Below are positions 1-8,324 of a stretch of 64,000 nt of DNA, piece by piece. The notes beneath the pieces are model-generated. The model searched no databases and had not been told where the DNA came from. It saw only the letters and a list, made by a program, of their open reading frames with translations. Location of the stretch: assembly GCA_041661505.1 (NCBI GenBank), contig JBAZUF010000001.1, positions 305,576-369,575 of the forward strand. Direction: 5' to 3'. Position 1 is the first letter of the stretch; every line of letters starts with the position of its first letter. Origin of the DNA: Patescibacteria group bacterium (GTDB lineage Bacteria; Patescibacteriota; Patescibacteriia; Patescibacteriales; JBAZCA01). A program made the position numbers and the translations under genes.

Positions 1-1028
1 AAAAGGTATCTTTGCGTTTCCAGGCCATGGCCGAATAATAATTTTTCCTTGATAATCGACCAGGCCGCTTTAAAATAATACGCCCTCATTCCGGTGCTTC
101 CCTCGGCCAGGTTGGTAAAGCTTTCCAGCCTTAAAAGCAGGGTGAAATCCTGGTTATAATTGAATTTTTCCACCCGATAAATATCAATGACCTTAAAGTT
201 AAATAAGGCGGTAAAAAGGACTAAAACGATTAAAAGGCCGGCTAAAGTCAGCTTTTTGTAAGATTTTATGGCGCGGATAAGAAACAGTCCGGCCATCAAT
301 CCGGCTAAGCCAAGCCAGGCTCCCCGACTGTAAGTAGCAACAAGGGCCCAAAGCTGGAAAACCAGAGCCAGAAGATAAAAAATTCTTGCTTTTTTATTTT
401 TTGAATAAACCAGCAAGTAAAATGCCGGCGGTAAAACCAATAAAAGATAAGACCCGAGAAAGTTAGGCTGTCCCAGAGTAGAGCTGGCGCGGAGAGTGGT
501 TCCGAAAGGATTTTCTTCCCACCTTAAAAAATCAAAGCCGTATACTTGCGCCAGGCCGTAAAGGCTCGAGAAAAAGGCCGAAAGAACCGCCGCCAAAAAA
601 ATTTTTTTTAAGTCCAAAGACGAAGAAGATTTATTTTCTCCGTCTGTCTCCAAATTCTGATAGACTAAAAAAATAAAAGCGAAAATATGAAGATAGGTAA
701 AAAGGCCCATCCCCCGCCAATAAGATCCCCAGAAGCTTATTAGCTTGTACTCTGAAACAAGATTGGAAAGGATAAAAATTGCCGAAAACAAAGCTAAGAA
801 TATATAAAAAGCCTTGCCTCTGGCCAAGGCCAATTTTCCGGTAATGAGGATTTTAATCAAATACAAGAAAAGTCCGGTTTCGACGAGAATCCTGAATAAA
901 GCGATTTTATCGATTTCAAAGGTGGTATATGAAAAAATATTAAAAAATAAAGGGACTAAAAAAATAATTGCCAAAATGAGCCAATTTATCGCGGCATCGC
1001 AAATTTTAACAATCCTTTCTTTATTCAT
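1..1028 (-). CDS. O-antigen ligase / Wzy_C (PglL-like) polytopic membrane protein, 5' part; runs off the left edge
   Basis: Absent from the supplied track because it has no stop in the window. My translation from the ATG at 1028..1026 gives MNKERIVKICDAAINWLILAIIFLVPLFFN..., with many hydrophobic spans and the ...VATYSRGAWLGLAGLMAG... loop typical of O-antigen ligase family enzymes. The frame stays open to position 1. Confidence 0.6.
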   Translation of the reverse strand, partial: MNKERIVKICDAAINWLILAIIFLVPLFFNIFSYTTFEIDKIALFRILVETGLFLYLIKILITGKLALARGKAFYIFLALFSAIFILSNLVSEYKLISFWGSYWRGMGLFTYLHIFAFIFLVYQNLETDGENKSSSSLDLKKIFLAAVLSAFFSSLYGLAQVYGFDFLRWEENPFGTTLRASSTLGQPNFLGSYLLLVLPPAFYLLVYSKNKKARIFYLLALVFQLWALVATYSRGAWLGLAGLMAGLFLIRAIKSYKKLTLAGLLIVLVLFTALFNFKVIDIYRVEKFNYNQDFTLLLRLESFTNLAEGSTGMRAYYFKAAWSIIKEKLLFGHGLETQRYL

Positions 1029-1162
1029 GTATTATTATATTATACCATAAGACATTGATATATTTCACCCTGATGATAATAGCGCGACAAATTGACACTC
1101 CCGGGTTAGTTTGATACATTTTATTTATTCCCTCCAGCTCACCAATATTATTTTTTCAGCCT

Positions 1163-2140
1163 ATGCCTTTTTACCAGCCTGAAAGCTCCTGTCCCTTATG
1201 CCAGCGAAAATCGGCATTCAAATTTTTAAAAGATTATAAAAGCGGAGACGGGACGTTTTCTCTTTATCTGTGCCAATTGTGCCTGGGGCAATTTTGGCTT
1301 CCTTTCAAAAATCCCGGAGCCGGCTGGTACGAACAAGGCGATGTACATAACGTAAAAAACGGCGAAAAACCCAGGGAGATTCATGCTTATCATAAAAAGT
1401 TAATTAGCCGGCGCGGCGATCTCTTAAGAAACGCTAAAACGCTCGACTTGGGCTGCGGAACCGGAGAATTTATGGCCGAATTGGGAAAACGGGGAGCCCA
1501 AGTTTACGGAACCGATTTTGATAAAGACGCGATTGCAATCGCTATCCAAAATTTCGGCTTTAAAAATATATTTAACCTCAACCTTGAAGAATTTTTTAAA
1601 AACTCCGGCCTTCCGCGGTTTGATCTTATAACTGTATTTGAAGTTTTCGAACACGTCGACAACCCCCTGATGATTCTAACCGAGGCAAAAAAAATCCTTA
1701 AAGAAAACGGCCGTTTGGTTTTAAGCATTCCGGGAAGAGAAAGGCCTTGGGCCAACCTGTCAAGCTGGGATTATCCCTATCACCATCTTAGCCGCTGGAA
1801 CGCGGAGGCGATAACAAGGCTCCTTCGCCTGGCCGGTTATACAAAGATTGATATTTGTTACATTGACAGATTCCACAAATTATACGAATTATTCCTCGAA
1901 ATTTTAGCCCGGAAATTAAAATTTCACAAAGCTTCGGGGTTAAAAAACATATCCGAAGGAAAAAATATCCCGGCTAATGAAGAAAAATCAATAAAAAAAC
2001 TGGCAATAAAAATAATTTATAAAACCGGCCGTTTTGCCGGGGTAGTCGCGCTTCCCTATTTGATGGCCGGGATATTTTTTCCCCTGAACCTGATAATATT
2101 TCCCCGGTCAGGAATAATGTATATTGAGGCCCAAAAATAA
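1163..2140 (+). CDS. Class I SAM-dependent methyltransferase with N-terminal Cys4 zinc-ribbon
   Basis: Motif I LDLGCGTGEF is followed by the acidic DFD loop and ITVFEVFEHV. The N-terminus carries CPLC...CQLC pairs. Confidence 0.8.
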   Translation: MPFYQPESSCPLCQRKSAFKFLKDYKSGDGTFSLYLCQLCLGQFWLPFKNPGAGWYEQGDVHNVKNGEKPREIHAYHKKLISRRGDLLRNAKTLDLGCGTGEFMAELGKRGAQVYGTDFDKDAIAIAIQNFGFKNIFNLNLEEFFKNSGLPRFDLITVFEVFEHVDNPLMILTEAKKILKENGRLVLSIPGRERPWANLSSWDYPYHHLSRWNAEAITRLLRLAGYTKIDICYIDRFHKLYELFLEILARKLKFHKASGLKNISEGKNIPANEEKSIKKLAIKIIYKTGRFAGVVALPYLMAGIFFPLNLIIFPRSGIMYIEAQK

Positions 2141-2166
2141 AATAATAAATGAGTTAATTTAAACTT

Positions 2167-3246
2167 GTGCTTAAAAATAAACTTTATTTAGCGAAAAAAA
2201 TAGCCAATAGATTTGCCGAAGGCAACAGAAATTTTATTAATCATAGCCTCGGCCAAACGCTAAAACCTAAGTGGATTTGGTATGAGGTGACGGATAAATG
2301 CAATTCCCACTGCACCCATTGCCATATCTGGGAGAAAAAAACGCCCTCCCGCACCTTAACTTTAGAGGAGTTAAGAAAAGCGTTTAGCGACCCGCTTTTT
2401 AGCGAAGTTGAAACTGTTATCAACTCGGGCGGCGAAGCCATCCTCCGCGGCGATATTATTGACCTAATAAGGCTGGAACATGAAATTTTCCCTAAAGCCA
2501 GCCTCGATCTAAGCACTAACGGAATCCTGGCTGAACGGGTGGTTAAAATCGTCGAAACCGTCCTGGAAGAAAAAATTAAAATCAACGTCGGCGTTTCGCT
2601 TGACGCGCTCGGCGCCAAGCATGATGAAATAAGGGGAGTGCCTGGCAACTTCAATAAAGTGGATTATCTTTTAAACGAGCTTGTACGGCTTAGGAAAAAA
2701 TACCCGCATTATTTATCAATCGTCGCCGGCTTAACCCTCTCGCCTTTAACGCTGGAAGGCTGGGAAGACGTAAAAAAATATTTAGATGAGAAGGATATTG
2801 AATTAATGGTCCAGTGGTATAACCAGTCTTCTTTTTACGAAAATGACAATATGGAAAAAGAAGCTAACTTAAAGAAGATGTTCAAAGCGGTCGAAGCCCA
2901 GCCGAACACTATAATCCGGGAAAAATGGTTAAAGCTCTTAGGGGAAAAGCCGATTAAATTCAAATGTTTCGCCGCTGAAACTTTTTTTGCCATGAAATGC
3001 GACGGCAGTATCGTCCCCTGCTTAAGCTATTGGGATTCTATACTTGGGAATGTCCGCAATGAATCGCCGGCAAAAATTTGGAATGGCGAGAAAGCCAAGG
3101 AAGCAAGGAAAGCTATCGCCAATTGCCCGGGCTGCCTTAATTCCTGGGGGGTGGAATGGAGCGCGAGCACTATTTTCTATCCGCGCCTTTTCTTTTACCT
3201 CCGCCATCCAAAAGCGGTTCTTGACCGCCTGAAAAGAAGGGATTAA
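2167..3246 (+). CDS. Radical SAM protein with SPASM-like C-terminal Cys cluster
   Basis: CNSHCTHC (CxxxCxxC) near the N-terminus. C-terminal cysteines occur at FKCF, MKCDGSIVPC and NCPGC. GTG start. Confidence 0.8.
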   Translation: MLKNKLYLAKKIANRFAEGNRNFINHSLGQTLKPKWIWYEVTDKCNSHCTHCHIWEKKTPSRTLTLEELRKAFSDPLFSEVETVINSGGEAILRGDIIDLIRLEHEIFPKASLDLSTNGILAERVVKIVETVLEEKIKINVGVSLDALGAKHDEIRGVPGNFNKVDYLLNELVRLRKKYPHYLSIVAGLTLSPLTLEGWEDVKKYLDEKDIELMVQWYNQSSFYENDNMEKEANLKKMFKAVEAQPNTIIREKWLKLLGEKPIKFKCFAAETFFAMKCDGSIVPCLSYWDSILGNVRNESPAKIWNGEKAKEARKAIANCPGCLNSWGVEWSASTIFYPRLFFYLRHPKAVLDRLKRRD

Positions 3247-4303
3247 TTATGCTTTCTAAAATTTTTGACGCTCTTTCCCAGCCGAATTCCTTGATTTTAT
3301 CATAGCCATTTAAGGCAATTTTTTTTAATTTTTCCTCATCCTCAATTAAGCCGATTAATTCGCTGGCCATTAAGCCGGGGCGTAAGGCCGGGACCAAGAT
3401 GACTGATTCGCCCGGAATCGCGTATTCCCTAACCGCCCCGGTATCGGTTGAAATTACCGCGCATTTCGAAGCCATAGCTTCCATCGGCGGAAGGCCATAG
3501 CCTTCTGCCCGGCTCGGCCAGAGGAAAATATCGGAGGTTGAGTAAAGCTCTCTTAACCGCTCTCTTGACGGCTGAAAATAATATTTAAAACCCAATAGCT
3601 CCTTTTCCTTTAGGGGATAGGCGCCAAACAAAACAAGGCTTATTTCCGGATGCTTTTTTTGAGCCTTGCTAAAAGCTTCCAGCCCGTCTTTGAAACCTTT
3701 TTTCTCCAGGAGATGGTACATTAATAATACCTTTTTATTTTTATTGAACTTTTTTTTCGGATTATCAAAATCTTCTATATTCACCCCGTTCGGGACCACC
3801 CCGTATATTCTTTCCTTGAATTTCTCTTCTCCTATTTTTTTCAGCCACCCGGAAATTACGATTTTTTTTAAGGGCAGCCTCCAGGTGGCGTCAACTTTTT
3901 CCTTATCCCTTGTCCAGGTTTCATAATCCTGGATAAAATAATACTTTTCCCCTTTTTGGGCCGAACATAAAGCCAGCCAATCAGCGGTTTCATTAGCCGT
4001 CGCTATGGTCGCGTCCGCTTCGGGGATATATTTCTCGGAGAGATCCGGGACCCTGATAACTTTTATCTTCGGATTGAGGTCAAACCACTTTATTTTATTA
4101 AGATCAGCCAGGGCGAAAATAGCGCGCCGAATTTTTTTTAGCCGGCCGATTATTTTTTCCTTTGTTCCGGCCTCCCGGCCGAGCACATAAGGATAAATAA
4201 TATTAATCTCATAGCCCCTGGCGGCGAGCCGGTTAGCATGTTCAAAAATCACCCTGATCCCTCCGGTGATTCCGGTTGTCGGCACCAAAAAATTAACTTT
4301 CAT
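3170..4303 (-). CDS. Glycosyltransferase, GT4/GT-B family
   Basis: N-terminal GGIRV motif. C-terminal PSRAEGYGLPPMEAMA (E-x7-E type) signature of GT4 enzymes. Confidence 0.8.
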   Translation of the reverse strand: MKVNFLVPTTGITGGIRVIFEHANRLAARGYEINIIYPYVLGREAGTKEKIIGRLKKIRRAIFALADLNKIKWFDLNPKIKVIRVPDLSEKYIPEADATIATANETADWLALCSAQKGEKYYFIQDYETWTRDKEKVDATWRLPLKKIVISGWLKKIGEEKFKERIYGVVPNGVNIEDFDNPKKKFNKNKKVLLMYHLLEKKGFKDGLEAFSKAQKKHPEISLVLFGAYPLKEKELLGFKYYFQPSRERLRELYSTSDIFLWPSRAEGYGLPPMEAMASKCAVISTDTGAVREYAIPGESVILVPALRPGLMASELIGLIEDEEKLKKIALNGYDKIKEFGWERASKILESIINPFFSGGQEPLLDGGGKRKGADRK

Positions 4304-4393
4304 ATGCTTAGATTATAGCAAAGCAAGGCAAAATGTCATCATCGCTTTTTAATTAAGCCGCGCACCGGCCTGGCGCCGGCGAATTCTAGGGTA

Positions 4394-4430
4394 TAAAAAC
4401 ACCCCGTCCTAGGTTTAAAGGATGGGGTGT
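4394..4430 (-). terminator. Rho-independent terminator downstream of the pilin gene
   Basis: An 11-bp GC-rich inverted repeat (acaccccgtcc / ggatggggtgt, one mismatch) is followed on the minus strand by TTTTTAT. Confidence 0.6.
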
Positions 4431-4452
4431 TAAACCAGTAAACAGTTTAAGA

Positions 4453-4884
4453 TTACGGATTAGCTAATCCAGCCGGAGTGGCGGTGTGAGCGCCGGCAAT
4501 CAATCCTCCGGAAGCGCCTTCTAACTGGTAAGTCAGGGTGTAGCTGGCTCCGCTAAGAGTATTGGTGTAGGTATAATCAGTTCCGCCTGTCGGACGCGGC
4601 GTCGGGTTAGTTGGCACCGCTGACATGTAAACGGTAGTTCCGGTAGACGTCGGACCGGTTACAGTGCCTCCCGTAGTGACGCCTGCGGTTTGAGGGTATC
4701 CGTTCACGTCGTTATAAAACAGCTCCAAGGCCGTCTGAATTTGCTTAACATCAGAAACCCGGCGGGCGTCTCTTGATTTCTGCCTGGCGTTGTTCAAAGA
4801 AACAACAGCCAAGGTTGACAAGAGGCCGATAATTGCGATAACCACCAATAATTCGATTAAAGTAAAGCCTTTTTGTTTTCTCAT
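4453..4884 (-). CDS. Type IV pilin (class III signal peptide); Thr/Pro/Gly-rich C-terminal half
   Basis: N-terminus MRKQKGFTLIELLVVIAIIGLL is the prepilin cleavage/methylation motif G|FTLIE. The C-terminal part is rich in T, G and P (GVTTGGTVTGPTSTGTT...PTNPTPRPTGG). Confidence 0.85.
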   Translation of the reverse strand: MRKQKGFTLIELLVVIAIIGLLSTLAVVSLNNARQKSRDARRVSDVKQIQTALELFYNDVNGYPQTAGVTTGGTVTGPTSTGTTVYMSAVPTNPTPRPTGGTDYTYTNTLSGASYTLTYQLEGASGGLIAGAHTATPAGLANP

Positions 4885-5092
4885 AATTCACCCCCTCTCC
4901 TAAGGTTCGCAATTGTTAATTTAATCCCAGGAATTAAACCAGCAATCACAAGTTATTAAAAATTAATAAACTATATGGATTAACAACAGGCGGCTCGCCT
5001 GTTTATGACTTATCCACAGTATACCATAAAAAAACTCAAATATAAACAAATGTTAACAAGGTGTTTGCCCGGAAGTTTTTTCATCAAAAATA

Positions 5093-5551
5093 CTACCAGC
5101 CCCGGATTACTTTTAAATCCACTTCCTCTTCTAGATGGTAGGTAAGGGCGTATTCGCTCCCGTTGCTCACGTAACTATATATATAAACCGCGCTTATTGC
5201 CGGGTCATTAGACAAATTTCTTGGATCGGCCGGCTGGCTGGCGAGATATGGCCTTGTCCCGCCGGTCAAAGCGGTAGTTAACGCCCCGGAATAGCAGGCG
5301 TTAGTCGCCCCAAAGTCAGGCACTCCGGCATTATAAGTTCCGCAGGCCGGATAAGCAGTATTATCGTCGTAATAAAGGTTCATGGCCGTTCGTATTTGGG
5401 CCATATCGCCTTTTCTTAGAGCGTCCCGCGCCTTGGCTCTGGCGCTATTTAGCGAAACCACGGCGAAAGAAGATAAAAGTCCGATAATGCTTATTACCAC
5501 CAAAAGTTCGATCAGGGTAAAACCAGACGCGGCTTTTTTTCTCTGGGTCAT
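5093..5551 (-). CDS. Type IV pilin (second paralogue)
   Basis: N-terminal ...ASGFTLIELLVVISIIGLLSS prepilin motif. The globular part contains Cys (PACGTY...NACYSG). Confidence 0.85.
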   Translation of the reverse strand: MTQRKKAASGFTLIELLVVISIIGLLSSFAVVSLNSARAKARDALRKGDMAQIRTAMNLYYDDNTAYPACGTYNAGVPDFGATNACYSGALTTALTGGTRPYLASQPADPRNLSNDPAISAVYIYSYVSNGSEYALTYHLEEEVDLKVIRGW

Positions 5552-5599
5552 AAAGTTTAATTATTCTTAAAACTTTAATTAATCGTTGCGGAAAATTAA

Positions 5600-6802
5600 C
5601 TAGAACTGGCTAGCCATATTATACATCGGCATAATAACAGCCGCAACCATAAGCCCGACGCCGAGGCCCATGACTACCATAATAATAGGCTCCATTAAGG
5701 TCATTAGGTTGGCGACTATATTTTCTATTTCCCGGCCGTAAAAATCAGTAATCCGGCCCAATATTACGTCTAATTTTCCGGTCTTTTCCCCGATGCTCAT
5801 CATCTGGGAAACCATAATGGGAATTTCTTTTGACTTTATGAAAACGGTTGATATCGAATTGCCGTCCTCGACTTCTTTAATCGTTTCCTGGATGATTCTT
5901 TTATAAACTTCGTTATCAACCACGTCGGCGGCAATCGACAAGCTGTCGATTATGGTAACGCCTCCGGCGATCAAAGTTTTCATTGAACGGGTAAATCTGA
6001 CCAGGGCGATCCTTTGGAGTAATTTTCCGAAAATCGGCAGCCTCAACCGGATTGAATCATAAACAAATTTTCCCTTGGTCGTCCTTATTAAAAATCTAAA
6101 TCCTATTAACGCGCCAAAAACGCCCGCTAAAACCATCCACCAATAATGCCCCAAAAAACCCGAAACGCCGATTAAAATTCTCGTCGCCAAAGGCAGTTCT
6201 CCGCCCGACTGGGACATAATATCAGTAAGCTTGGGAACGACGAAAGTAAGCATTAAAAACCCGACGACTCCCAGCCCGGATAAAACAAAGGCCGGATAGA
6301 TCATCGCTCCCCGGATCTTTGACATCATGTCATAGTCTTTTTCCATTTCGTCAGCCAGATAGTTTAATACCTCGTCCAATTTCCCCGAGGTTTCCCCTGA
6401 CTTGACGACGCTTACAAAAAAATCATTAAAAAGATTGCCCCGGCGCGCCAAGGCGACTGAAAGCCGGGAGCCGGCGTCCACTTCATCAGAAACTTGCGAG
6501 ATTATAATTTTAAACCTGGGGTTGGCGGTTTGATCCACAAGAATCTTCAAAGCTTGGACTAAAGGCACGTTAGCCGAAATCAGTACGGAAAATTGGCGGG
6601 AAAAAATTACGACTTCCTTGGATTTTATCCGGTTAAGAAGCCCTGACCCGCCGGATTTTTCCTGGCCTTCCAAAGATAAAAATACGATTGAAAGCCCTTT
6701 GTCCTTTAATATTTCTTCGGCATATTCAAGGCTCTCGGCTTCAACCAAGCCGGTCAAGGTTTCTTTGGAGCGGTTGGTGGCTCTATATTTAAATACGGGC
6801 AT
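5600..6802 (-). CDS. pilC: Type IV pilus platform protein PilC (GspF family)
   Basis: 400 aa. Duplicated GspF-type domains (FSRQFSVLISANVPLVQAL... and FTRSMKTLIAGGVTIIDSL...) and three hydrophobic spans. Confidence 0.9.
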   Translation of the reverse strand: MPVFKYRATNRSKETLTGLVEAESLEYAEEILKDKGLSIVFLSLEGQEKSGGSGLLNRIKSKEVVIFSRQFSVLISANVPLVQALKILVDQTANPRFKIIISQVSDEVDAGSRLSVALARRGNLFNDFFVSVVKSGETSGKLDEVLNYLADEMEKDYDMMSKIRGAMIYPAFVLSGLGVVGFLMLTFVVPKLTDIMSQSGGELPLATRILIGVSGFLGHYWWMVLAGVFGALIGFRFLIRTTKGKFVYDSIRLRLPIFGKLLQRIALVRFTRSMKTLIAGGVTIIDSLSIAADVVDNEVYKRIIQETIKEVEDGNSISTVFIKSKEIPIMVSQMMSIGEKTGKLDVILGRITDFYGREIENIVANLMTLMEPIIMVVMGLGVGLMVAAVIMPMYNMASQF

Positions 6803-6803
6803 A

Positions 6804-7832
6804 TTATAGGTCTTGCTGGCTGATTTTTCCTTTTTGGATTAGGCTGTTGATCGCTTTCTCCATGCTGATCATCCCTTCTTTTTTTGAAGTCTGAATAACG
6901 CTTTCAATCTGCTGGAACTTCCCTTCGCGGATATATGATTTCACCACCGGATCGGCAATCAGTATTTCCGCGGCCATAAAGGCTTCTCCGCCGCGGCCAT
7001 AAATTATTTTTTGGACTATTATCCCGAACAAATTATCGGCTAAAGTATAGCGGGAAGACTCGGGAGACAAGCCTTTTGACAAAATATTCGCCAGCCGGTC
7101 GATTATCTCGACTGAACTGTCGGCATTCATCTCCAAAATCACCTTGGAATTGCCCGAAGCGAGTTCAATAATAGGTATTAGGCATTTATCCAGCTCTTCT
7201 TTGGCGCCATTAACGAAAACCAAGTCTAAATCTTCCTTTAAGCAATATTTTATGGCATCGGTGAAGGACGGGGCGTCCTGACCGACCTGCCTTTGTTCCA
7301 CGATTGATTCTTTGGAAACGAACAGCCGGTCAATCGACTCCTCGATAGTAACTATATGCTTCCCCTGGCTCTTATTTATTTCTTCAATGAAAGAAGCGGC
7401 GGTTTGGGTCTTTCCTGAACCGAAATTGCCGGCGATAATCAAAAGCCCGGATGGGGCATCCGCGAAGTTGGCGATGGCCGGCGGAAAATTCAGGCTTTGA
7501 AGGCTCCTTACCTGATCGCTTATATAATAGAAAGTAATCGCCGGCAGGCTCCTCTGGTAATAAATATTTATCCGAAAACGCAAATTTTTGTCGATTTCTT
7601 TTACCGTAACCAGTTCCCGGCCGGATTGGAGTTTTTCCATTTCTTTTTCAGTAAGCACTTGTTCAATTATCTTTTCCAAAGTTTCCGTCTCGACAATTGA
7701 ATCATCGGCGTTAACATATTGGCTGCCGATCTTCATCTGCGGCTTGCTGCCGACAGTCAAATGCAAAAGAATGGCATTTTTTTTTGCCGCTTGGGACAGT
7801 ATTTTATTTAAATAAGCCGAAGATGTTTCCAT
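6804..7832 (-). CDS. PilT-like hexameric ATPase paralogue with degenerate catalytic motifs
   Basis: PilT-like length and N-terminal layout (HLTVGSKPQMKIG..., RFRINIYYQR). P-loop GNFGSGKTQT is present. The Asp box reads IEESID, Walker B reads DLVFVNG, and no His-box histidines are seen. Confidence 0.6.
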   Translation of the reverse strand: METSSAYLNKILSQAAKKNAILLHLTVGSKPQMKIGSQYVNADDSIVETETLEKIIEQVLTEKEMEKLQSGRELVTVKEIDKNLRFRINIYYQRSLPAITFYYISDQVRSLQSLNFPPAIANFADAPSGLLIIAGNFGSGKTQTAASFIEEINKSQGKHIVTIEESIDRLFVSKESIVEQRQVGQDAPSFTDAIKYCLKEDLDLVFVNGAKEELDKCLIPIIELASGNSKVILEMNADSSVEIIDRLANILSKGLSPESSRYTLADNLFGIIVQKIIYGRGGEAFMAAEILIADPVVKSYIREGKFQQIESVIQTSKKEGMISMEKAINSLIQKGKISQQDL

Positions 7833-7844
7833 GGATTGGATGAT

Positions 7845-8222
7845 CTATCTTATTTTCAAAACATTTTTAACTTTTTCGACGACTTCGGACGGCATAAAAT
7901 GGGCTTTAATCATGTAATCCTGGGCGCCTAGCAAAAGCGCCCGGTCCACTTCCTCTCTCTGGCTCAAATTGGTCAGTAAAATCACCGGAATCCTTCTTAC
8001 TTTTTCATCGGCCTTAATTTCTTTCAAGACCTCGAATCCGTCCATAATTGGCAAAATCAAATCCAATAAAATCAAATCCGGCCGCTCTTTTAGGGCAAGC
8101 TTCAAGCCTTTCTTCCCGTCTTCGGCCATCAAAACCTCAAAATTTTCCATCTCGAACTTATTGGCATACATGGTCAACAGGAAACTGTCATCTTCCACGA
8201 TTAGTATTTTTTTCTTCCCCAT
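7845..8222 (-). CDS. Single-domain response regulator (CheY-like receiver)
   Basis: KILIVEDD..., PDLILLDLILPIMDG (phospho-acceptor Asp), ILLTNL and a conserved K near the C-terminus. 125 aa with no output domain. Confidence 0.85.
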   Translation of the reverse strand: MGKKKILIVEDDSFLLTMYANKFEMENFEVLMAEDGKKGLKLALKERPDLILLDLILPIMDGFEVLKEIKADEKVRRIPVILLTNLSQREEVDRALLLGAQDYMIKAHFMPSEVVEKVKNVLKIR

Positions 8223-8324
8223 ATTTTTATATTATACATCTTCAAAACCAGCCGTCAAAATTTGGAATTAACTTTTTGGTTTTTTAGTTTAAAACTGTAA
8301 AGCGGTTAAACGCGGCTTGATTAT

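Noticed and set aside
814-1050. 78-aa plus-strand ORF from the six-frame track
   Set aside because: It lies antisense to the much longer O-antigen-ligase-like reading frame (1..1028, minus), which has clear family motifs. Its composition is typical of a shadow ORF.
3170-3246. 77-nt convergent 3' overlap of the radical SAM and GT4 genes as a sign of frameshift or misassembly
   Set aside because: Both ORFs carry complete domain signatures well before the overlap. The overlapping tails are short and unconserved-looking. The simplest reading is late stop codons, not a defect.
5010-5018. Perfect DnaA-box consensus TTATCCACA between the two pilin genes
   Set aside because: It is a single isolated 9-mer. 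One occurrence in 64 kb on two strands is roughly what chance predicts. There is no cluster, AT-rich unwinding element, or dnaA/dnaN neighbour.
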